The notes beneath the pieces were generated by a model, which worked only from the letters and a program-made list of their open reading frames with translations, had not been told where the DNA came from and did no database searches. From contig CDROCS010001778.1 of assembly GCA_977020255.1 (NCBI GenBank), positions 372,001-436,000 of the forward strand: a stretch of 64,000 bases of DNA. The letters are read 5' to 3'. This stretch comes from Obrimoposthia wandeli. Lineage: Eukaryota. The position numbers were made by a program, and so were the translations under genes. Below, in pieces: positions 23,444 to 34,500 of this stretch. Numbering within the stretch: position 1 is the first letter of the stretch; each line of letters opens with the position of its first letter.

Positions 23444-25111
23444 CAGTAAGTTCCGGATTATCCGAACATATATGTTTTTCATTATAATTTTGGTGTTTGA
23501 GTATGCACTGTAGTTAACTTCTTCGTCCTCATTTTCTGAGAGCTCTTCAGGTTCACTTCATGGCTATAGCTCTTTCTATGATTTCATTTCAATAATTGCA
23601 GAAATGTAAAACAGTTTTGTATCTTTAAAAAATTTAGACATGTGGAGCCTATCAAAATTTTTCTCGGAAAATATCAATTTACACGTGAGCGCTTTTTGTG
23701 TCACCTTTTTAGGTTTTCCAATACAGATTGATCCACTGATTGGACAAGTGACGTAACATTGGCGACATACAATAGATTTTTTTCACAAAGCAATCCGAAG
23801 AAACATCTAGAACTTGCATTGAACTCCTCGCTTTGGGCAGGATAATTTTATTGAACAATATCACTGCTTTTTCGGTAACTATTACTCTACTGGTGGGGAT
23901 ATTCTTCTCCCTTAGTGGACGTAACCAAATATACAGTAAGACACAAAGTTTTACAAAAGTACAGGTTTCCATAATCTTTAAAGTCGCCGAGCACTGTCCC
24001 TTTTCCTGCTGATCACGTTTGCAAATCTTCAGCTTTTCAAAAGAAGCTTTTAAAACACAAATTGTGCTGCGCCGAACTACGTTCTTTTCAGAAATGTGTC
24101 CATAGCTGTGTTGGGGTTTCTATTAATCTAAATTCTCGTACGGAGGCCCCCAACGTGAGTTCTGAGGTGATAGGGCTTACATATGGACGTGGCCTACCCA
24201 TTCTAATTTATGGATGTTTGTCTCGCTTATCTGAAGGTTTTCTATTTGTTGTTGTATCGTGTATAAAGATTGGGTTTAGGATAACAAGAGGGACCCCAAA
24301 ACTATTGTTGTGGGGTGTGGAGCTGATGCATTGAGCCGGTTAGGCCGATGTGGATTTCATATTCAAAAAGGGTCTGTGAATAGATAAGAGTTAAAATCAA
24401 CAAAGGTAAGCTGGAATCAATCGACACAGACGATACTTCTCCTCTTAAAAATCCTATGCATATCTCAGAATTTGGATAACCGTCACGTTGGTTCATTCCA
24501 GTTCGTTGTTTTGAATTTCATCCAATTCGATTATACAAAACAGAATTCGCATTGTATGTTAAGGTTAAAATATATTTAATTAAGTACACTGATTTTAAAC
24601 ACACTAAATTGAACTAGCTAACAAATGACTACACACTATGACTTTACAATTTACTCGATAAGGATACTTTTTACTAAACATCGAGTAAACTTTATTGATT
24701 TCCACTTTAACTCTTTCAATTGATGCTTTATGATCCTATATATATATCCAACTTACAGTTTGGAAATCTCGGTTTAACACTTTCAATTATACTTTTATAA
24801 TCGGTTTACTTTAAACTGCCATCTATTCTTTTACAATTTTAACCAACCTTTATAACTTCGTAAAGGATAATTACAATACAACAGGGTAATCTATAGCTTA
24901 AGTTTATCATTGAACGTTAAAACAACTTTTTCTTTCGTTGAATGACATTTTTAACTTAAAAAAAATAATGCATTCCACAAAATAATACATGTTTATTGTA
25001 ATTATTTCTTTTTTATTATTTAATGTATTTATAGACTTTTTTTAAAAATTAAGCATGTTAAGATAGTTGAGAATTTGGATAATCAGAAGCCTGATAATCG
25101 GGAATTTAGTG
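23444..25111 (-). mobile_element. Second pogo/Tigger relic interrupted by LTR4
   Basis: TIRs cagtaagttccggattatccg / rc cactaaattcccgattatcag with TA on both sides. Remnants NVTSLVQSVDQSV (DDE_1) and N-terminal KEKVVLTFNDKLKL. Confidence 0.75.
24109..24883 (-). mobile_element. Shorter related solo LTR (LTR4); right boundary approximate
   Basis: tgttggggtttc...ggcccccaacgtgagttc block homologous to the LTR1-3 3' end. Putative other end is tacaaca. No clean TSD. Confidence 0.65.
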
Positions 25112-25879
25112 TACAAGTATTTCATGTTTTTGTCCCATATCACATCTAATATTTTTTTACTAAATAAACTATTTCATATACGTAAAATAATTATTTTGTG
25201 TAAAAAATGTTTTCTTACCATGTTGATATCTTAAACTCCTAACTAACAGATTTAACATAGTTATTGAACCGTTATTTCATTGAGCTCCATCTCTTAACAT
25301 TAGAGGGGTTGAAGATAGTGGTTGAAAAGCTGGTTCAATTGTAGTTGAATTAGATTTTAAAACTCTTTTATTATTACCAATACACTATCTCTTGAGCATT
25401 GGTATCATTAAAATCAATATCAGAGTACTTTTTATTTGGGACCAACAAAGCATCTTCAGGTGTCAGTGTGCTGAGATAATTATTTACAGAAATAATAATC
25501 TAGATTTTGGGCTTCAAATATTAACAAAAATATATTTATTTCAAAAAAAATAGTAACTGTATTTATGATAAAATGAATTCAAATAAAAATAAATCAGAGG
25601 ACCAAAGACATCTAGTATAGTGGCTAAAAATAACAACGATGATGCTGATGTGTATTTCAAAAGTATAAGTTAAACTACTCCCATTCTCGATCCCCCTATC
25701 TTTAAAATTCTTGAGCTGTGTTCAAAATGTAGTCCTTGTGTTCTGTTTGGACAGAACGGTTCCTTTGCGTATGATTTCAAAGCGGAAAACCTGGGTGATA
25801 GGGATACATGCTAGTATCCTAGCTTATTTGTACATTTGTGTACTATATAGTTTTTAAATCCCGGGACAATTTTTGTAAA

Positions 25880-27300
25880 AATAATTTTTATCGAATAGAA
25901 TTGATGTACATTTGAAAATTATGTTTTTTTCCATCAAATTACGATATTTGTGTCAAGAAATTTCCCCATAGAGTTTAATTTTTTTAAACATTTAAATTAA
26001 CAACAAAAACATTTTTTGTAAAATATTTCTTTCGCAGAACTTTCAATCATACATGGAAAGAAATAATATTTAATTATGCTACTAGATTTACGGAGTTGTC
26101 AAGAAAGATAGCTTGATTTTATTTTATTATTATTGTAAATAAGCAACAGCAATTGATCTATAATAATATGAACTTTGCTATTTTTAAGTCCATACAGTTT
26201 ACAAAGTTATTTCAATATTATTTCAAAATTATTTCTTATTATATTATTAATCGATTAATTAAAATACAGCAAAATGGATGACTTGCAGAAGGATAGCAGA
26301 CAAAATATGAACACTGATCATTTGTCCAGTGTTTCAATTAATGCAGTTGCTGGAGAACGAGAACTCAAGGAGGAATTTGGTGGTATAACAATGCATCGAA
26401 CAACTTTCTTGACCATTTATAAACGGTTTGATGAAGTAGAAAGCATTCTGCGTAAAATTCCACAAGACAGACAATGAAGTGTCAGAACAGAACAAAATAA
26501 GAACATTTTCTACAGCAGATTATCTTGAATCATGCAGAAAGTTAACACTTAATACTGAAACAAGCCCCTCATCAATTTTACGATTATTACATGATCTAAA
26601 GATCAAACCATACATTCTTCAACTTGTCAATAAGTTATTAGCGGCTGATTTTGATTGTCGATTTAAGGTGTGTGATAGATTACTTGGTGTGATCGAGCAG
26701 AACCCTGGTATGATGGACAAAATTTTGTGGAGTGATGAGTCGAAATTTAAATTGAGTGGTACAGTCAATAGACACAATTATGTCTATTGAGCTACAGAAA
26801 ATTCATAAAGTACTATTCCACATCATAGCCAAAGTCCCAGTGTGATGGTAGGCTCGAATATTTTCCAGACAAATTGTGAACTACTTCGTTAATATGTTTT
26901 CCTCTTAAAAATCCTTACTAGTGTTTGTGCAGGATGGTACGTCTTCCCATTTTGCACACATTGTTCAAAACACACTGGATATAATCTGTCCCATCACTGG
27001 AGTGCGGTTCCATTGAATGGACTCCTCATTCTTCCTATTTAACTCCATACAACTTTTATGGGCCTCCCTAAAAGACCGAGTTTTTGCAAGATAACCATAA
27101 ACTCATGATGGTTTGAGATTTTAATTACAAAGGAGGCAGCAATCATTACACCTAATGGAGATCAATGCCTTTATTTTTAGTAAAATACTGATTGATCATT
27201 TGTTCTATTGTCAGTGTTTCAGCTGATTTTTGTAACTTGATTTTTGATATTTGAAAATATTAAATTTCGACTTACAAATTTATCCAACATATGACCAAAT
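25880..27300 (+). mobile_element. mariner-like (maT/rosa-type) transposase relic
   Basis: ILWSDESKFKLSGTVNRHNYVY, then QDG-like and P..P.LTP..F remnants, with multiple stops and frameshifts. Confidence 0.7.
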
Positions 27301-27536
27301 TTCTACTTTTAGGTATCTGTTAAAATTACGAGTGGGTACATGAAAGAATATTGATATACATCTAAATATGGAAAAGATAGAAAGTTATCGTGCAGTAAAA
27401 TTTCATGTATTTTTGGTTAACATCGCCACAACAAAAATAAATTTGCCTTCAGTTAATCAATCAGTTTCGTTATTAGTTAATGTGTACATTATAACGCTAT
27501 AACTAGTATAGATACTTAATTTAAAACAGACTAAAA

Positions 27537-27718
27537 CGATTAGAAGTCATGGGGATGTAACGTCCTCAACTTATTCTCAAACTTTAAATGGGTACGATGT
27601 GTGACTTTCTTCATTGAAGTCGCACGATTTAATACGAATGCCTAGTGAGCCATTTTTTGGTAAGCAGAACTGGCGATGATGGATGAATCAAACATTCAGT
27701 TAGAGTGCCAAATGTCGT
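27537..27718 (+). rRNA. 28S (LSU) rRNA fragment, dispersed pseudogene
   Basis: ctcaacttattctcaaactttaaatgggta and gcctagtgagccattttttggtaagcagaactggcgatg match conserved eukaryotic LSU cores. Only about 180 bp, flanked by TE debris. Confidence 0.85.
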
Positions 27719-27736
27719 TAATGCGAGGGAATGATC

Positions 27737-28508
27737 TGTTAGGGTTCTTTTTTACAATTTTGAGAATCATTCCGGTTATCTTCTAACACGGTACAATTTC
27801 CTCAGCACATTTATGTGAGAAAGGGTATTACGTGTTTGACAGATTGCTCTGAGTTACGTGACTCTATTCTTCAAGTTCCTCGCAGTAGGTACGTCTCTTT
27901 TAGAGGCTCACTTAGCTCTGTGCTGGATCTATGTGGCCTTGTCCTAGGACAGGGGTTCCAAAACATTTTTAGCCGTGAAATCCTTTAAAAAATTCTATAG
28001 CTTGCGGAACACATTTTTTAATTTTTTATGAATGAACCCAGTTTTATCAAACTTTAATGAGACATTAAATATTGTTTTCGAACATAGGACTTTATTTAAT
28101 TTTATGGAACTTTTAAAAATCGTATAGATTGAAAATTACGTAAATAATATAATAGAAAAAACAAAATGTTAAATAACATAAATAAATAAAATACCGACGG
28201 AACCCCTAATTTTTTGGCGGAACCCTAGGGTTACTCGGAACACACTTTGGGAACCCCTGTCCTAGGATATTGGTTTATAAATAGGTTATCTACTTCTGAA
28301 ATCTTGCCTCATTATCTGGAAATTAGAGAATGTGACTTGAGAACTTTTGGGGACTTTTACGTTATCCTATACACAACTCTTTAACAAATCTCGAAAACCT
28401 CCAGAGTCTAAAACATGTTGGCCACATCCATTTGTAAGTCCTATCGCTACAGAACTCACGTTGGGGGCCTCCGTACGAGGATTCTAAGTTTAAAAGAAAA
28501 CCCCAACT
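27737..28508 (+). mobile_element. Short related LTR (LTR5) containing a hAT MITE
   Basis: Starts TGTTAGGG and ends gaactcacgttgggggcctcc...aaaaccccaac. The 3' part is homologous to LTR4. Confidence 0.6.
27950..28259. mobile_element. Non-autonomous hAT (Buster-type) MITE, 310 bp
   Basis: TIRs CAGGGGTTCC(A/C)AAA and 8-bp TSD TCCTAGGA (27942-27949, 28260-28267). Confidence 0.92.
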
Positions 28509-28729
28509 AATAACAAATGTCAAATAATATTCTGCTCATTACTTAGTCGGGGGAAAAAGTAAAAATCAACTCTTGACAAAATTTAACTTAATGAAAAAAT
28601 CCAATCTTTGATAAGATAAATATTTGAAAAAAAGGAATTACTTATAAATTATAAATGCATAAAATACATTTGCAATTCTGAGTTGAGTTATCAGGAGAAA
28701 GTACGAGTCACAGTGGTTCAATGGATACA

Positions 28730-29600
28730 CTTGCAAATTTTGACTTATCGCTCAACAAAATATTGTCCATCATGTTGGAGCTTTACTCGATGATACAAAG
28801 TAGTCTATCACACACCTCAACTCGACGATCAAAATCATCCTATCATAGCTTGACGACAAGTTGAGGAATGTATGATTCAGTCTTTAGATCATGTAACGAT
28901 CGTAAAATTGATGAGCGGTTTGTTCCAGTTAAACGTGATAACCTTTTCTAAGATTCAGCTCCAACAGTTTTGTTGCTAATCTGCTGTAGAAAAGGTCTTG
29001 TTTTGTTCTGTTCTGACACTTCATAGTCTGTCTTGTGGAATTTTATGCAGAATGCTTTCTACTTCATCAAACCGTTTATAAATGGTCAAGAAAGTTGTTC
29101 GATGTATTGTTATACCACCAAATTCCTCCTTGAGTTCTCGTTCTCCTGCAACTGCATTAATTGAAACACTGGACAAATGATTAGCGTTCATATTTTGTCT
29201 GCTATCCTTCTGCAAGTCATCCATTTTGCTGTATTTTAATTAATCGATTAATAATATAATAAGAAATAATTTTGAAATAATATTGAAATAACTTTGTAAA
29301 CTGTATGGACTTAAAAATAGCAAAGTTCATATTATTATAGATCAATTGCTGTTGCTTATTTACAATAATAATAAAATAAAATCAAGCTATCTTTCTTGAC
29401 AACTCCGTATATCTAGAAGCATAATTAAATATTATTTCTTTCCATGTATGATTAAAAGTTCTGCAAAGGAAATATTTTAAGAACAAAAAATTGTTGTTAA
29501 TTTTGTTAAGAAAAAATTAAACTTTATGGAGAAATTTCTTATACAAATATCGTAATTTGATGGAAAAAAACATAATTTTCAAATATAAATCAATTTATTC
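28730..29600 (-). mobile_element. Inverted partial copy of the mariner-like element at 25880-26760
   Basis: Reverse complement aligns with 25880-26760. ORF 29021-29224 is nearly identical to 26274-26477. Confidence 0.9.
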
Positions 29601-31346
29601 AAATGAACTTAAAATTAACAAAACCTCATATTATTATAGTTCTATACTTATCAATTAAAAAAACTTTGCAATATTTCAGGACGAGGAGTCTAAGTCTATT
29701 CAATAAACACTCAGAGTACCATTTTAATTTATTCAAATGAATGTGAACGCATATTTTCACAAATGACTCAAAGTAATATGGTTTCTGCACGTTTGGTCTT
29801 AAGATTAGTTCGTCTACTTCTGTTACCCACAAACAAACGCAACAAGAAAATGCGTTCAAAATCATTTTTCCAATGAAATACACATATCAATCTGGAATGC
29901 CACATCAAGTTTTCTTACTTTGGTAACAAATATAATTTTTATTTAAAGAAAATTTTCAAATTTCATCATAAAGAGTTTGGAATAGACATTTTTTATATTG
30001 ATTGTAACATTCCCAAAAGTGGCTTATAAGTTTCTTATTTTCACAACTACAAGAATCAAAAATAAAACATTTAAAATAAATATATGAGAACGAAATAATG
30101 TTTTATCCTCTTGTTAAATTGATTCCTTTATAATCGATGTTTCTTAAATAAAATTTTGATTGAAATTAGTGTGATTTTCAAAAATGCATATTTTTATTGA
30201 AGACTGAGTCGATTTTGCAGTAGTCTTTTTAGACCGAAAATCAAAACATTAACTTTTCGATTTTCATATTTACGTAAATTTCTCATATTTATTATATTAA
30301 AAGTTAAAATTCACTGAAATTTTGAATTAAATTTTGCGTGAAATAACTGAAACATATTTTAATAAAAGAAACCAAATTATTTTTATTATTATTTAGATTA
30401 ATTATGATTATTTTCCTTTTCTTATTTTACATGAATGTTAAGGTTTAAAATAGTTTATTTTACTATTATTTTTCTGAATTTCAAGTCAGTAATAGACCAA
30501 CCATACATTTTAAAATACACTAATAGCTTTATAATTAAAAAGTTGTATCGAAATGAAATGCTAATCATGCCTTCATAAAGTAATCTGAAAATTTAGAACA
30601 CTGAAATTAATTTTAAACTTATTATATTTAAAGTCTTGCAAATTACGATTCATAATTTCCGATTGAAATCCAATTTTCGCATCTTTGGTTTGATCGACAT
30701 AATATATAAGAGTATAAACAAACTTAGGCGGATATGAGAGAATTAATCCATCAAATAGTTGACACAATTATCTATCACAGACTGTTAAGTTCAACTGGGA
30801 AAAAAACAAGACCTAACCACCAATTAATTAAGTCAGTCTGTTGAACAAACCACAGTGGACCGACAACCAAGTAAGAAAGGATTAATACATTAATAAAATA
30901 TTTTAATTTTAATCGAAAATGTCCAGAAATCAGCGCTGATTTCCCAAACACACACACAATTGTCATTGCGATTTCCAGCGACACGCGTATAGACAGTAAA
31001 ACAAATTGGGAAATTTGTGATGACAATTACAAACGGCACACAGAAACACACGACTGTTAATGAGGAAGCCAATGAAATCTGACGATGATTATTGTAATCT
31101 TGGAAATTGATTTTTACCCAAGATTACAGTCAGTTTGCAAAGTGTTCCCGGCAAATTTACAGTGGCGAATTATTTTTAATCAACTAACACAACACACTGC
31201 ACAAAACACACTCTTTCACACACACACGCAGTTCTTCGTCAATCGCACGCGTCCAAACACAAACCGGTCTTGCATTTTGCATCCACATTTCTGTCTGCAT
31301 GCTGACGCATATATCACAGCTATCTCGTAATAATCTCCCATAGGGC

Positions 31347-31354
31347 TATATAAA
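31347..31354 (+). promoter_or_regulatory. Candidate TATA box for the collagen gene
   Basis: TATATAAA about 180 bp upstream of ATG 31533. Weak evidence in AT-rich DNA. Confidence 0.35.
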
Positions 31355-31532
31355 TAAACCGAGTAATTTTAGTTTATCATACAAGAAAATATTTTCTATT
31401 TTACCAGAATACCAGAAATCAAGTAAACAATAGAAATCGGATCCTGGTTTTTATCAAACGTTTTCTTGTATTTGACTTTTTGAATCTGGAATTATCCAAC
31501 AAGAGCAAAACCGATCTCTATAACTCTCAAAG

Positions 31533-34500
31533 ATGTTGATCAGCCGCTCCTGTTTCAGTACTGGAGTCTCTGTCAAAACAGTATTCATATGGTAATTTTG
31601 TTTTAATTTCTTTTGGATTTTACTGCCATCCATCGTCGTCGCTGCTCAATAGGTCAATGCTGGTGGCCAGTTTCGTGCTCTCAGAGTCGGTAAGATAATT
31701 ATTTTAATACTGAACCATTTGGTATTAACACTTTTTTCTGTCCATTTCAGCAAAGCACGGGACGCTCAAAATGCAATATGAAGTGCGGACCGAATACATG
31801 CACCTGTGTGGGGATTCCTGGCGCTGATGTAAGTACTGACGGCTGATTACACAGTTCACACCTAACCATAATTATTCATTTAATTTCTGTTAAAAGTACA
31901 GAAACAATTAATTCTGATGCACATTTACTGTTTAAATTTATTTTAGGGCCCCATTGGACGTATGGGAAAACCTGGTATCAATGGTCCCAAAGGATATATG
32001 GGAGATATGGGAGGTTTCGGACCAAAAGGACCGATGGGAAACCATGGCGAGAATGGAGTTATAGGCTTGTCTGGAGACAGAGTAAGTTATACCTAATAAT
32101 TCAATTATAAATCGATTTTCGTAATAATTTGGTTAATTCAAGTAAAAATATAACAACTTTTTATCAGATTTGAATTTGCAAATTTATTTCATTGTTTAGT
32201 CATCGTAGTAAAAGTTACATAATAAATTGAAAATATTAATTAACCGTAAATGAAATCCAATTTAATAGTTTGTATTGTGCTTTAATTTTTGTACTGAAAT
32301 AAAATATTAATTAGTACATTATATACAATTTTATTTACGTTATAATTTTTGTTTAGGGTCATCCTGGAGACTATGGAATCTCCGGTAAACATGGAGATCC
32401 GGTAAGCTTATTCATTTTTAATAATTAACTCATTGACCCGGATTTTCTTGCATAGGGAGAGATGGGTTTCAGCGGTGACATGGGTGACGCTGGTGTACCG
32501 GGCTGCAACGGCACAAAAGGGGAAACGGGATTCCGTGGTCTACCCGGTAAGGCTGGTAATCCGGGAGAAAACGGTAAGAAAGGAAACACAGGCAAGAAGG
32601 GCGAAGCCGGTGATCTGGTTGTCGGTAACAAGGGCGACACTGGTAACACCGGTCCAACTGGAGAGGTCGGAACAAAGGGAGATACTGGATTCATAGGTCC
32701 ACATGGTCCTGATGGTGGTAGGGGTGGGAAAGGCGATCGGGTAAGTTTTCCGGGAATGAAAAATGTATATATCAAGTTTAATTAGTTCCATATGAATTTT
32801 AAAATAATTTATTTTGTCAATAGATATTGATTTTAGTATTAAACCTCATTTATACATTTATGTTTGAAGCATACTTAAAGTTCACCAAGCGCAACTGTTA
32901 TGTGAATGAAAATTGCAGGGCATTCCTGGAGACCAAGGACCGTTTGGAAGACCCGGAGAAACGGGAGAGAACATCAAAGGCGAGCGGGTCAAGGGTGACA
33001 AAGGCTTCACTGGGGAGTCTGGAGAAGCTGGATCAAGCTGTAAAGTGATTGTGCTCAAGGGAAGATCACCACCAAATCAAGTGGGAGATGATGGAGACAA
33101 CGGAGATGAGGGCACAAAGGGCAAAGTGGGACAGAAGGGAGAGAGAGGCAAACCGGTGAGTTTTCGACTTTCTGCTATTGTGAGTGACTGACTGTTATTT
33201 TTCTGTGCACAGGGACCCGACGGAACTCTTGGTATTAGTGGACCCAAAGGAAACAGCGGCGATATTGGAAGCAGAGTGAGTGTTCGGAAATTGATATTCA
33301 GAAATCAAATTTCAGGCGTTTGAGGAAGAAGTGCTTGATCGATTTATTTCTTCAGGGTCCTCCTGGATCGAGAGGAACCCCCGGTAACAAAGGAGGAAAG
33401 GGTGTCAGGGGAAAAGACGGTCATCTAGGTTTCAAGGGTCCCAATGGTCCCAAGGGTATCCATGGTCCTCAGGGCAGAGACGGAAACCGTGGAACAAAGG
33501 GAGAAGTCGGACTTCCAGGAGTGAGTTGTGGTTTTTTGTATTTCAATGGTTATGCAATTTTCTGATTAGGGCTGTTTTGATGCTGGAATATTTAGAATTT
33601 TAATAAATGTTTAATCCAAAAATTTCTACAGATAAAATGATCATAAATTGTATGCACTGTTGTGCAACGAATACTTAAATATAAACACAAGCAACAAGAG
33701 TCTACACAAGCGACAAACAAGTGTAAACTGTGGTGGGAAAATTTCTACTGGCTTTGATTACGCAATACAATTTTGCTAAACTATCCGCAGTGTGGCTAAA
33801 CTTGACATATAGTCCATGCATTCTGTTGGTTTATTTCGTGCTATTTCATAAATGAAATGAGGCTTGATCTTCAGGATGAATAAAATATTTGGTAAGGATT
33901 TGTAAAAAAATGTATTCAAATTTTCCGCTTCTTCATGGTAGGCAATCATCATAAATGGGCAATACTTGATCAAATATTTCAGAATTTTCTACAGCTTGTA
34001 AAATTAATGTTTACATACCATTTTAATGTAGTAAAAATTGATTAAAAAGATTTTATTTATATCTATGAAACTATTTTTATTTATGTTTAATTTTAACTTT
34101 TCAGGGTAGCGGAAAGTGTACCGGAAAAATACAAGGACCTCAGGGAGATGTTGGCGTGAAAGGAGACAATGGAGACCGCGGAAACCCCGGCTACATAGGC
34201 TTGACCGGTGATCAGGGTAACCCTGGTCAACCCGGCCCCGCTGGACCAATTGGAGATACAGGACCTGCTTGTACGGCAGGAGGCAAGGGAATGGTTGGAA
34301 CTCCTGGAGAGATGGGTGACAAGGGACCTGATGGAAAACGAGGCGATTACGGTTTCAAGGGTGATCAAGGAGACGAAGGGAACGTTGGAGATGAGGGCAA
34401 GACGGTTAAGGGCATTCGTGGTGATGACGGGGATATGGGACCCGACGGTGAAGGTGGTGTGAAGGGCGGCAAAGGAGTTAAGGGAGATCGTGGAGCTCCT

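Noticed and set aside
25230-25490. Possible minus-strand exon ending in a gtaaga donor
   Set aside because: In-frame stops and no compatible neighbouring exon found.
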